NCBI GenBank assembly: GCA_965219685.1
Contig: CBDCOH010000002.1
Span: forward strand, 416,001-480,000
Reading direction: 5' to 3'
Length of the DNA: 64,000 bases
Source: Candidatus Spongiisociaceae bacterium
GTDB lineage: Bacteria; Actinomycetota; Acidimicrobiia; Spongiisociales; Spongiisociaceae
Shown: positions 1 through 8,950 of the stretch, piece by piece
Numbering within the stretch: the first letter of the stretch is position 1
Layout: the number at the start of each line of letters is the position of its first letter
Translations under genes and position numbers: made by a program
Notes under the pieces: model-generated
Seen by the model: only the letters and a program-made list of their open reading frames with translations
Told to the model about the DNA's origin: nothing
The model's database searches: none

Positions 1-2010
1 CTTCTCGATGCGCATCGCGTTCATGGCCCGGCTCCCGAAGTCTACGATCCCGTGCGGCGCGCCGGCCTTGTGGATGGCCTCGTAAGCCTCCACCATGTGT
101 TCCAGGGGCATGTGCAGTTCCCAACCCAGCTCTCCCACATAGGAGACCCGCAGCGCGATGCAAGGCGCCCCCGCCACCTCGATCTCCTGGCCGGTCAGCC
201 AGGGGAAGGCCTGGTTGGAGAGGTCGGCGCCGGTTAGCCCGGACAGTACGTCCCGGGAGCGGGGCCCGGTGATCGCCAGGATGCCGGTCCGGTCCGTTAC
301 GTCGCTCACGGTCACATCCTCGCCCTCTTGGATGTGGAAGGTCAGCCAGTCGAAGTCATGTGCCTGTCCGACGACCGCCGAGTTCAGGTAGAAGCGGTCG
401 GAGGCGAGACGGGTGATGGTCATCTCCGTCTCGATACCTCCCAGAGTGGTGAGCATGTGAACCAGCCGGATGCCTCCGTCCCGCAGGGGGAGCCGGTTGG
501 CGGACAGCCGGTCCAGCAGGGAGGCGGCGTCGGCTCCCCGAACCTCGAACTTGGCGAACGCGGTCAGATCCGCGATGCCCACCCGCTCCCGTATGGCCCT
601 CACCTCGACTCCCACCTCGTCATGGGCCGAGGAGCGACGGAAGGAGTAGATCTCCGGGTCGGGGGAGAAGTACATAGCCCTTTCCCAGCCCCACACCTCC
701 TGCCAGCGAGCACCCTTGGCGTCCAGGATGTCGTATAGGGGCGTCTGCTTCATGGGGCGGCCCGCGTCCCGGTACTCATTGGGCATTCGTACCTGGTACA
801 TCTCGTGGAACTCGTCGATCGAGCGCTCATGGGTGTAGTGGCCCGGCGCGTAGGGTCCGAAGCGGCGGGGATCCATGTTGGCCACGTTGATCTCGGTCTG
901 GCCGTGGACCATCCACTGGGCCAGGTACTTACCGGCGCCGGGACCTTGAGTTATCCCGATCGACGCGCCCGCGCAGTACCAGTAGTTGCGAAGCCCCGGA
1001 GCCGGTCCCATCAGGTAACCCGCGTCGGGGGTGTGGGTGATCGGTCCCGAGACCACCTGCTTGATCCCGGCGCCGGCGAAGCAGGGAAGTCGCTGGGCGG
1101 CGAACTCCAGCCACGGCAGGAGGCGGTCCAACTCGACCGGGGTGAGGTGAAAGGTCAGGTCCCAGTCGATCCCTCCCACGCCGTATTCCTTGGCGTCCTC
1201 CCGTTCGTAGGGTCCGATGATGAGCCCATCGTGTTCCTGGCGGTAGTAGCAGGACGCCCGCGGATCGCGTACAACGGGGTGTTCGGTCTTCAGGGCCGCG
1301 ACCTCTTCGATCCGTTCCGTGACCAGGTACTGGTGGATCACCGATTCGATCGGCACATCGAGGCCCACCATCGCACCGAGCTGGGGGGTGTAGGATCCGG
1401 CCGCGTTGACGACGTGCTCCGCCACCACGCGGCCCTTCTCGGTGATTACCTCCCAGCGCCCGTCCGGGAGTTGGTTCATGTCGGTGACCCGGTTCTTGCG
1501 GCTGATCTCGGCGCCGAGATTGCGGGCTCCGATCGCCATCGTGTTGGTGGCCGCGGAGGGATCGGTCCATCCGTCGCCGGGAGTCCAGAGACCCAGCTTG
1601 ATGTCCGGCTCGACATCGAGGAGAGGAGCCACCTGGGTGATCTCCGAGGGGCCGAGGAGGTGGCACTCCAGGCCGATGTACTGCAGGATGCCCTTGACGT
1701 AGTAGAACCAGTCGACCTCGTTGTCGTAACGGGCCAGGCGCACCGCTCCGCACCCGTGCCAGCCCGAGTGCATGCCGGTTTCCTGTTCGATCACCTTGTA
1801 GAGGTCGGCGGTGTCCCGGTGCACCTTGGCCATGTTGAGGTCGCCGATAAAGTGGGGGATCAGTCCTGCGGCGTGCCATGTGGAGCCGGAGGTGAGCTCG
1901 TCCTTCTCGATCAGGATGGTGTCGGTCCAGCCTTCGTGGGCGAGAAAGTAGAGAAGGCCGACGCCCATGGCGCCCCCGCCAACTATGGCAACCCGAACCT
2001 CATCGCGCAT
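1..2010 (-). CDS. GcvT-family FAD-dependent oxidoreductase (dimethylglycine/sarcosine dehydrogenase-like), 3' end outside window
   Basis: Absent from the ORF track because its stop lies outside the window. Manual translation from ATG at 2010 gives MRDEVRVAIVGGGAMGVGLLYFLAHEGWTDTILIEKDELTSGSTWHAAG (FAD-binding GxG and STWHAAG motifs); GAGGA RBS upstream. Confidence 0.88.
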   Translation of the reverse strand, partial: MRDEVRVAIVGGGAMGVGLLYFLAHEGWTDTILIEKDELTSGSTWHAAGLIPHFIGDLNMAKVHRDTADLYKVIEQETGMHSGWHGCGAVRLARYDNEVDWFYYVKGILQYIGLECHLLGPSEITQVAPLLDVEPDIKLGLWTPGDGWTDPSAATNTMAIGARNLGAEISRKNRVTDMNQLPDGRWEVITEKGRVVAEHVVNAAGSYTPQLGAMVGLDVPIESVIHQYLVTERIEEVAALKTEHPVVRDPRASCYYRQEHDGLIIGPYEREDAKEYGVGGIDWDLTFHLTPVELDRLLPWLEFAAQRLPCFAGAGIKQVVSGPITHTPDAGYLMGPAPGLRNYWYCAGASIGITQGPGAGKYLAQWMVHGQTEINVANMDPRRFGPYAPGHYTHERSIDEFHEMYQVRMPNEYRDAGRPMKQTPLYDILDAKGARWQEVWGWERAMYFSPDPEIYSFRRSSAHDEVGVEVRAIRERVGIADLTAFAKFEVRGADAASLLDRLSANRLPLRDGGIRLVHMLTTLGGIETEMTITRLASDRFYLNSAVVGQAHDFDWLTFHIQEGEDVTVSDVTDRTGILAITGPRSRDVLSGLTGADLSNQAFPWLTGQEIEVAGAPCIALRVSYVGELGWELHMPLEHMVEAYEAIHKAGAPHGIVDFGSRAMNAMRIEK

Positions 2011-2199
2011 CGTCGTCCTCCGGCGACTTAGGGTGTGGGAGTCTCATCACCTTCTGCCGGCCTCAAGAATCCCCGGAAGTGGAGGATAGTGGCTTACAGG
2101 TAGCATCTCGCACCGAACACGGAGAAACTTCGACGCCTGGCAAAGTTGTCTCGAACGAGCCGGGCGCCGACTCCGGTGCCCGGCACCCGGTGCCCGGCA

Positions 2200-3111
2200 C
2201 TAGAGCCTCGTCAGCAGATACTGGGCGGCCATCAGATCCAGGTGGCCCCCGCCGGCGTTCTTGAACAAGGTGATGTCGTCGTGGCCGGTCCGGCCGGGTA
2301 CAGAACCGGTGGCGAGCTGGTAGTGATCGCCGACGATGTCCTCGGCTTCGATCACCCTGGACGCGATCGGGATGCCGATCTCGCCGGTGTCGATGGCCGT
2401 CTGGCGCGAATCCACGAACACGCGGGATCGGGTGACCGCGCAGTCGTCGGCCTCGCGCATGTGGGGGAGGTAGGAGCCGACCAGGTCGAGGTGAGTGCCG
2501 GGACGCAGCCAGGAGCCTTGGATGAGCGGCTCCACCGTCATGGTCGCACACGACACGATGTCGGCCGCCTCGACGGCAGCCCTGAGATCGGTGGTCGCTT
2601 TCGCGTCCAGATGGGCCATCTCGACTGCCAGGGCTTCCGCTCGGGCAGTCGTGCGGTTCCAGATGGTGACCTCCTCGATGGACGGACAGCCCACCATGTG
2701 TGCACGGATCAGATGCGGCGCCATGGCTCCCGCACCCACCATCAACAGACGTGTGGCTCCGGGCCGGGCGAGATACCGGGTCGCCAGGGCCGAGTCGCAG
2801 GCGGTCTTGAACCAGGTGAGAGCGTTGCCGACGATCACGGCGCGTTCTTGGCCGGTGACCGGGTCGAACGCGACATAGACGGTGTGGATGGAAGGGATCT
2901 CGGTGTTGGCGGGAAAGATCGTGGCCAGCTTGATGCCCAGACCGGCTCCGGCCGCGAATCCGGCTCTGGCGAGTAGACCGTTACCGCCGCCGTCATCGGT
3001 GTAGAGGTCGGCCAGCCGAGCCGGAGCTAGTCGGTGGCAGGCCTCGAAGAAGTCGATGAGTGGTTCGTAGTCCAGCAACTTGAGGGCATCCCGATGGGAA
3101 ACAACATGCAT
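2200..3111 (-). CDS. Ornithine cyclodeaminase/mu-crystallin family imine reductase
   Basis: Motifs GIKLATIFPAN, KTACDSALA, VGAGAMA, GTHLDLVGS, ITLFKNAGGGHLDL. Start trimmed to ATG at 3111 (MHVVSH). Confidence 0.85.
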   Translation of the reverse strand: MHVVSHRDALKLLDYEPLIDFFEACHRLAPARLADLYTDDGGGNGLLARAGFAAGAGLGIKLATIFPANTEIPSIHTVYVAFDPVTGQERAVIVGNALTWFKTACDSALATRYLARPGATRLLMVGAGAMAPHLIRAHMVGCPSIEEVTIWNRTTARAEALAVEMAHLDAKATTDLRAAVEAADIVSCATMTVEPLIQGSWLRPGTHLDLVGSYLPHMREADDCAVTRSRVFVDSRQTAIDTGEIGIPIASRVIEAEDIVGDHYQLATGSVPGRTGHDDITLFKNAGGGHLDLMAAQYLLTRL

Positions 3112-3201
3112 GATCGCCCACGGTAGCCCTCCTCGGCGTGAAGTCGGTGCAGGGGTACCCGGAAGTCTCTGCATACGGAGCCGTTCTGGTATAGGATTGA
3201 A

Positions 3202-3225
3202 AGTACATGATGTACGTCACGTACT
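3202..3225. promoter_or_regulatory. Putative toxin-antitoxin autoregulatory operator (three GTAC cores at 9-bp period)
   Basis: AGTACATGATGTACGTCACGTACT, containing the palindrome GTACA-TGA-TGTAC, about 50 bp upstream of the antitoxin start. Confidence 0.5.
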
Positions 3226-3274
3226 GAGATATCGCCCGTTGGTCGGCTGCCTTTCGGGCAGGGGAGATGTATGG

Positions 3275-3697
3275 ATGTCTGCTGCTGGAGCATTCCTCAC
3301 CTATACCGATGCGCGCAAAGGGCTAAGGCAGATCCTCGACCGAGCGGAAGCAGGGGTGCCCGTCGGGATTCGTAGTCGAGGGCGCAACGTCGTGGTTGTC
3401 GGTGGAGAAGCGCTTCGTGGGGTCCTACGCACTTCGCCACAGGTACCGCGCCCGCTTGTCGTTGCCGAGAACGGAGGATGGTCGGTCTTGCTCCCCGGAA
3501 CTCCTGTGGCAGCGGACAGCACCACGCTCGACGAGGCGATAGACGACTTCGTCATGGCCCTGCGCGAGTACGGGGAGGACTGGGAGGAACGTCTCCATGT
3601 GGCGCCTAACCACAAAGAGAACTGGGCGTTGGTGTGTTTTCTGAACCTGGTCACGGATGAAGAACTGCAGGACTGGGTGACCGGCCGCCCTAGATGA
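3275..3697 (+). CDS. Antitoxin: Phd/YefM-like N-terminus plus HicB-like C-terminus
   Basis: YTDARKGLRQILDRAEAG is a Phd-like N-terminal pattern; GWSVLLPGTPVAADSTTLDEAIDDFVMALREY is HicB-like. Overlaps the next gene by 4 nt. Confidence 0.7.
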   Translation: MSAAGAFLTYTDARKGLRQILDRAEAGVPVGIRSRGRNVVVVGGEALRGVLRTSPQVPRPLVVAENGGWSVLLPGTPVAADSTTLDEAIDDFVMALREYGEDWEERLHVAPNHKENWALVCFLNLVTDEELQDWVTGRPR

Positions 3698-4116
3698 GCT
3701 TCCCCGCGCCGACGCGCCGGGATCATCTCCGATTCTGCAAGATCGAAGGCTGGGAGGAGGTCAGGTCCGCTACCGGGAAACTATCTCGGCACCACGCAAC
3801 CTTCGAGCTTCGGATTCCCTCGGGTGACATCCTGCGCACCCGGATTTCGCGTTCGTCACGCAGGAAGACCTACGGGGCGAGCTTGTGGGCGCACAGTCTC
3901 CGGGATCAACTCCGCGTCTCCGAGGAGGAGTTCTGGCGGTGCGTACGAGACGGCGGCCAGCCCGACCGAGGATCAGATCCGGTGCCCCCATCGGCACTCC
4001 CGAGCGACCTGGTGTACCAGCTGAGGAACGAAGTGGGTCTGTCCTCCGGAGAAATCGCCGTCATGAGCTTGCAGGAAGCGGTCGAGCGGATGCAGCAGCA
4101 TTGGATGGGCGGGTGA
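3694..4116 (+). CDS. Putative toxin of an actinobacterial type II toxin-antitoxin pair (HicA-like fold)
   Basis: PTRRDHLRFCKIEGW...HHATFELRIPSGDILRTRIS...LRDQLRVSEEEFW; translationally coupled to the antitoxin. Confidence 0.65.
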   Translation: MSFPAPTRRDHLRFCKIEGWEEVRSATGKLSRHHATFELRIPSGDILRTRISRSSRRKTYGASLWAHSLRDQLRVSEEEFWRCVRDGGQPDRGSDPVPPSALPSDLVYQLRNEVGLSSGEIAVMSLQEAVERMQQHWMGG

Positions 4117-4155
4117 CCGGTCCATAGTCGGTCCGGCGTAAGGCAGCTGTTGACG

Positions 4156-6888
4156 CTATCCGGTGTTGCGCATGCCTGCGGCGATCCCGTTGATCGTCAG
4201 CAGCAGGCCGCGCTGGTACCTGTCCGGATCGCCTGAGCGGGAGCGGTGTAGCAACTCGACCTGCAGGAGGTTGAGCGGGTCGAGATAGGCGTCCCTCACC
4301 GCGAGAGTGCGGCGCAGGATAGGGCGGTCCGCCAGCAGGTCTGCCTGTGTGATCCGACCGAGAGCGGTGATCGTACGGCCGTACTCGGCGCTGATCATGT
4401 CGAACATGCCGCGGTGTTCTGCAGGTACCAGGTGATCCACGTACCGGCGGGCGATCGACAGGTCCGTCTTGGCCAACGTCATCTCCACATTGGAGACAAA
4501 GGTCCGGAAGAAGGGCCACTCCCGGTACATCCGGGCTAGTTCGCTGCCCTCTCCGGCTGCGAACGCCGCTTCCATTCCGCTGCCGACTCCGTACCAGCCC
4601 GGGATGATCTGGCGCGACTGCGTCCAACCGAACACCCACGGGATCGCCCGCAGGTTGCTCACGCCGATCGTCTGGCGGGTTCGCCGAGCGGGTCGCGAGC
4701 CGATGTTGAGGAGGCTCAATTCCTCCACCGGGGTTGAGGTGGTGAAGTACTCCACCATTCCGGGCCTTTCGATGAAACGCCGGTAGCTCTTGAACGCGGC
4801 GCTAGAGACGAGGTCCATGACCCGGTACCACCGTTGGACGTCCGCTACATCATGCTCGGGGGTACGGCGGGCGAGGGATGCCTCCACCAGCGCCGACAAG
4901 GCCAACTCGAGATTCTGGGAGGCCAGCGCCGGGAGTCCGTACTTGTCGGCGATCACCTCACCCTGCTCGGTGAGCTTCATGACGCCGTCCAGGGCTCCGT
5001 AGGGTTGACTCAGTATGGCGGCATGGGTGGGCCCGCCGCCCCGACCGATGGATCCGCCCCGTCCATGGAACACCTCTATCCGGATCCCGCTACGTTGCGA
5101 GAGGTCGCGGATGGCGACCAACGACTTGTGGATCTCCCATTGGGAGGTGGTGATTCCCCCGTCCTTGTTCGAGTCGGAGTACCCGACCATCACCTCCTGC
5201 GTGTTGTCCCGGAGTTCTAGGAGCCGGCGATAGGCGGGTACCTCGAACAACTCCTCGAGGATGGGACCGATCGATCTCAGGTCGTCGATGGTCTCGAACA
5301 GCGGGACGAACCCAAGCCGTGCCACATCCCGGGTCGGGTCGACCAGACCGACCTCGCGGGCCAGGACCACCGGCGCCAGGATGTCGTCGACGCCCCGGGT
5401 CATGGAGACGATGTAAGACTCGACGACCTGGTCCCCGTGCTGATCCAGGAGGCTGCGGAGCAGCCTGAACAACTCCAGGGTCTCGTCGACGGATCCGTTG
5501 GTCGGCGGGGCCAGCGGCCGGTACCCGGACAGCTCGCCGGCGAGGAACCGGGTCCGCTCGCCGCGGTCGAGCTCGCGGTACTCGGTGTCGAGGCAGGCCG
5601 TGAGCCTGCCGATGGTGCGGTGGTGGTGGTCAGCGTGCTGACGTATGTCGAGCGCGGCCAGGTGGAACCCGACCGTCGCGGCCATGCTCCGGATCCGGGC
5701 CAGCTTCCCCCGGGCGATCAGCAAGCCTCGGTTCGCGCGCAAGGAAGCATCGATCAGAGCCAGGTCGGCTAGCAGTGCAGGCGGGCCCGAGTAGGTGTGA
5801 GGACCCCCGACGAGTGTGTCCGCCAGTCGCGAGCAGATAATCATCAATGCCTGGCGGTAGGGCTCGAGGTCCCTCGTCTCCCTCAAGGAGTCGTGATGGG
5901 ACTCGCGGTAACGGTCAATGAAGCCTGCGAGTGCGCTCGACGCGGGGACAACACGGGTACTGATGCTCAACTCGGCAGCCAGGCCCTCCACCTCTGCCAT
6001 CAGTAGTCCCAGAGCCGCCCTCCGCTGCTGTTCCAGAACGGTCCGGGTCATCGACAGCGTGACGTTGGGATTCCCGTCCCGGTCGCCCCCCACCCACGAG
6101 CCGAACCGGATCGGGCTGTGGTCCCCGTCGAGTTCGCCACCGATCAGCCCCACCGCGGCAGCGATGTCATCCAGCAACCCCGGTACCGCCTCGCGGATCG
6201 TCTGTTCCAGGTAGTGGCGGACGAAGCGGGCCTCGTCGATCGGAGTCGGTCGTTGGTTACGGATCTCGTCTGTCTGCCAGATGGCTTCGATCAACTCGGC
6301 AACCCTCCGGTCGATCCTTGCCCGATCGGCCCGGGAGGCCCGGGGATTGCCCCGCGATGCCGTAGCCTGGGCGATTTCGGTCAGCTTCTCGAGGATGGTG
6401 CGTCGGGTTGCCTCGGTCGGATGGGCGGTGAACACCGGCTTGAGCATCACCCGGTTCAGCAGGGTGACCACCTCGCTCGGGGAAATGCCGGCTTCTACGA
6501 GACCGATCAGGCACTCCTCGATTCCCTGTTCCAGAGCGTGTCCCTCGACGTGCAGGTCCTCGACACGATGCACCTGCTCGATGATGTTGGCCAGATGGAA
6601 GTAGACGGTGAAGGCCCGAACCACCTGCACGGCGAATCCGATGTCCATGTTCTGGAGGAGGGAGGACAGTTCATGGGATACGTCCGCCTGTTCGTGCCGC
6701 AGGCGCCGCGAAAGGGCGCGGACCCGTTCCACGGAGTCAAGCAATTCCCGGCCGTGCTGGTGGACAAGGGTGGCGCCCAACTGACGCCCGAGCCGCCGGA
6801 TATCGGCCCGCAGGCCGGCGTCGATTACATCCAAGGGGTCGATGCGGGTGACGACATCCGTCATGGTCTCGGGGCCTTCCAGGTTCAT
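4156..6888 (-). CDS. ppc: Phosphoenolpyruvate carboxylase
   Basis: Signature motifs VFTAHPTE, VMVGYSDSNKDGG, FHGRGGSIGRGG, LRAIPWVFGWTQ and C-terminal MRNTG. Confidence 0.97.
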   Translation of the reverse strand: MNLEGPETMTDVVTRIDPLDVIDAGLRADIRRLGRQLGATLVHQHGRELLDSVERVRALSRRLRHEQADVSHELSSLLQNMDIGFAVQVVRAFTVYFHLANIIEQVHRVEDLHVEGHALEQGIEECLIGLVEAGISPSEVVTLLNRVMLKPVFTAHPTEATRRTILEKLTEIAQATASRGNPRASRADRARIDRRVAELIEAIWQTDEIRNQRPTPIDEARFVRHYLEQTIREAVPGLLDDIAAAVGLIGGELDGDHSPIRFGSWVGGDRDGNPNVTLSMTRTVLEQQRRAALGLLMAEVEGLAAELSISTRVVPASSALAGFIDRYRESHHDSLRETRDLEPYRQALMIICSRLADTLVGGPHTYSGPPALLADLALIDASLRANRGLLIARGKLARIRSMAATVGFHLAALDIRQHADHHHRTIGRLTACLDTEYRELDRGERTRFLAGELSGYRPLAPPTNGSVDETLELFRLLRSLLDQHGDQVVESYIVSMTRGVDDILAPVVLAREVGLVDPTRDVARLGFVPLFETIDDLRSIGPILEELFEVPAYRRLLELRDNTQEVMVGYSDSNKDGGITTSQWEIHKSLVAIRDLSQRSGIRIEVFHGRGGSIGRGGGPTHAAILSQPYGALDGVMKLTEQGEVIADKYGLPALASQNLELALSALVEASLARRTPEHDVADVQRWYRVMDLVSSAAFKSYRRFIERPGMVEYFTTSTPVEELSLLNIGSRPARRTRQTIGVSNLRAIPWVFGWTQSRQIIPGWYGVGSGMEAAFAAGEGSELARMYREWPFFRTFVSNVEMTLAKTDLSIARRYVDHLVPAEHRGMFDMISAEYGRTITALGRITQADLLADRPILRRTLAVRDAYLDPLNLLQVELLHRSRSGDPDRYQRGLLLTINGIAAGMRNTG

Positions 6889-7036
6889 CGGCTCGTGTCG
6901 TCCGGGAGCATAGGTCTAAGTGTTTCTCCACGTCCGGCCCATGATTCGGACCCGGGGTTGGTGTCCACTCAATATATTCCGGCCCATACGGGCATACGGT
7001 CAAACCGATGAGAGCGGCGATGGATCGGGAGGGTAA

Positions 7037-7420
7037 ATGCGGGCGTGCCGGACGCTGGGTGATCTTGTAGCGGAGATCGAGGACGGTGGGGGTCGGGGAT
7101 CCCAACGCCTTGCCTCACGAAAGCGACATACCGACCCCGAGGCGGAGGGCAGGGAGGCTCATACCCTTCGGCGACTCCGGCTGTCGCGCAAGGTCACCCA
7201 GACCGAACTCGCTCGGCGCCTCGGCCGCGCCCAGTCGGCGGTGTCGATCATGGAGAGCAGCGAGGACCATCTGATGTCCACGGTCCGCTCGGTCGTGGAG
7301 AGCCTCGGTGGGTCGGTCGAACTCGTTGCTGTGTTCGACGACGAGCGAATTCCGGTCGCGGTGCCGGTCCGCGCTCCTCGTCCGTCGGATCGACCTTCCC
7401 CAAAGCCGGAGGGCGCCTGA
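7037..7420 (+). CDS. XRE-family helix-turn-helix protein (HigA-like)
   Basis: LRRLRLSRKVTQTELARRLGRAQSAVSIME...STVRSVVESLGGSVELVAVF; GGAGG RBS upstream. Confidence 0.75.
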   Translation: MRACRTLGDLVAEIEDGGGRGSQRLASRKRHTDPEAEGREAHTLRRLRLSRKVTQTELARRLGRAQSAVSIMESSEDHLMSTVRSVVESLGGSVELVAVFDDERIPVAVPVRAPRPSDRPSPKPEGA

Positions 7421-7433
7421 GAGGCGCCCTCCG
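7407..7433 (-). terminator. Hairpin terminator downstream of proX1 (possibly bidirectional)
   Basis: CGGAGGGCGCCT-GAG-AGGCGCCCTCCG, a 12-bp perfect stem at the junction of convergent genes. Confidence 0.7.
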
Positions 7434-7458
7434 AGTAGGTATTGGTTGAGAGTCGGGG

Positions 7459-8877
7459 CTAGGCGGCGGCCTTCGCTTCCGCTAGCCAGGCGTCCACCTG
7501 ATCTTGGTTCGTGGCGATCCACTCCGCAACGAGGGTGGCGACATCCTCGCCGGCATCCTGCCTGACGATCTGGAGCGACACGTCTACGACGTTGAGCTTC
7601 ACGATCTCCAGGAGCTTGGCGGCGGCCGGGTGGTTGGCCAGCATGTCGTGGCGGGCCGAGGCGATCACATCGGCTGCCACCCAACCGATGTCGCAGACCC
7701 CGTCGTCTCCTGCGCTGGGGCAGGACTCGGGGCCGATCGCAGAAGTGGTGCCGGGCCTCTGGTCCCACTCCTCGCCGCCTTCACGGCCGAGCGGGTTCGA
7801 GTCGTCGATCGGGCTCTCGACCCCGATCCATACGACGTTGTCGCCCGGACGTAGAGCCGTGATGTAGGAGCTCGGGGTCCACGTGTACGCAACCATCGGC
7901 TCGCCGGCGTCTGCCTTGGCCGTGGCCTCAGCGAACATGGCGTCGTAACCGGCCAGCACCTGTTCGATGTTCTCCCAGCCCGAGAACGCTATCTGGCTCT
8001 GGATGATGTCGTCACAGGTCCAACTCTCCGGACATCCGTAGATGTCGGCTATGCCATTGCCCGGGTTTGGATCCTGGGCATCGTAGGCAGCTATGGCATC
8101 GGGATTGTTGTTCAGATCGTCGAGGGTGTTGATGCCGTACTCCTCCGCGAAGGACTTGGTCACCAGGTAACCCTGCAAGCCGCCGGCGAGCATCAACTCG
8201 CCTACCCGCCTGACATGCTCACCGACCAGCGAGCCATCCGGCATTTCGGCTGCGAGCCAGCTGTTGTGACCCGGATACCAACTGTTGACCCAGAAGTCGG
8301 CCTCGCCCTGGGCCATTGCCAGGTAGGCCAGGTTGGGGCCCAACTCGAGATCGGCCGGGTCGCTTACCTCGTAACCCAACTGCTGCATGAGCTGGCGCAT
8401 CAGTTCGGCCTGGAAGTAGCCGGTCGACCAGTTGGCGCGGGCCATCGTCAGGCTGACGCCCTCGCCGGGCAGCCTCATGGCCTCCTCTTCCATCATGGCC
8501 TGTTCCTCGGCGGCCCTCGCCGCGGCTTCCGCCTCCATGGCTTCGGCCTCGTCCAGCGCGGCTTGGGCCTCTGCCATCATGGCTTCGGCCTCGGCCTGTG
8601 CCTCTTCGGCCATGGCCCGTTCCTCGTCCGACATGGCCTCGGCCTCTTCGGCCATGGACGCCGCGTTCGCGGCGGCGGCTTCGGCGTCAGCCATCATGGC
8701 TTCGGCGTCGTCCATCATGGCTTGTGCCTCTGCCAGCGCGGCTTCGTCCACCACGACCTGTGTCACGGTGACCGGGGGTGCCGTCGTCGCAGGTGCGTCC
8801 GGAGTGTCATCTCCACAGGCAGCCGCCACGAGAGCGAGAACAGCCAAGACTGCGGTGACTCTGATACTGAGTTTCAT
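7459..8877 (-). CDS. proX: Glycine betaine/proline betaine ABC transporter substrate-binding lipoprotein (ProX-like) with Ala/Glu-rich stalk
   Basis: Lipobox VAAAC; ARANWSTGYFQ, DFWVNSWYP, YGCPESWTC, YTWTPS. Last gene of a proVWX-like operon. Confidence 0.85.
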   Translation of the reverse strand: MKLSIRVTAVLAVLALVAAACGDDTPDAPATTAPPVTVTQVVVDEAALAEAQAMMDDAEAMMADAEAAAANAASMAEEAEAMSDEERAMAEEAQAEAEAMMAEAQAALDEAEAMEAEAAARAAEEQAMMEEEAMRLPGEGVSLTMARANWSTGYFQAELMRQLMQQLGYEVSDPADLELGPNLAYLAMAQGEADFWVNSWYPGHNSWLAAEMPDGSLVGEHVRRVGELMLAGGLQGYLVTKSFAEEYGINTLDDLNNNPDAIAAYDAQDPNPGNGIADIYGCPESWTCDDIIQSQIAFSGWENIEQVLAGYDAMFAEATAKADAGEPMVAYTWTPSSYITALRPGDNVVWIGVESPIDDSNPLGREGGEEWDQRPGTTSAIGPESCPSAGDDGVCDIGWVAADVIASARHDMLANHPAAAKLLEIVKLNVVDVSLQIVRQDAGEDVATLVAEWIATNQDQVDAWLAEAKAAA

Positions 8878-8910
8878 TATGCTCCTTTCTTGTCTTGGTT
8901 ATGCATAGTG

Positions 8911-8942
8911 GGTTACGAGGGAGTGGACACTCCCTCGTAACC
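8911..8942. other. Perfect intergenic inverted repeat between proW1 and proX1
   Basis: GGTTACGAGGGAGTG-GA-CACTCCCTCGTAACC (15-bp arms). Confidence 0.75.
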
Positions 8943-8950
8943 GCAATGGC

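Noticed and set aside
805-2031. 408-aa plus-strand ORF
   Set aside because: Antisense shadow of the minus-strand GcvT-family gene; no recognisable motifs.
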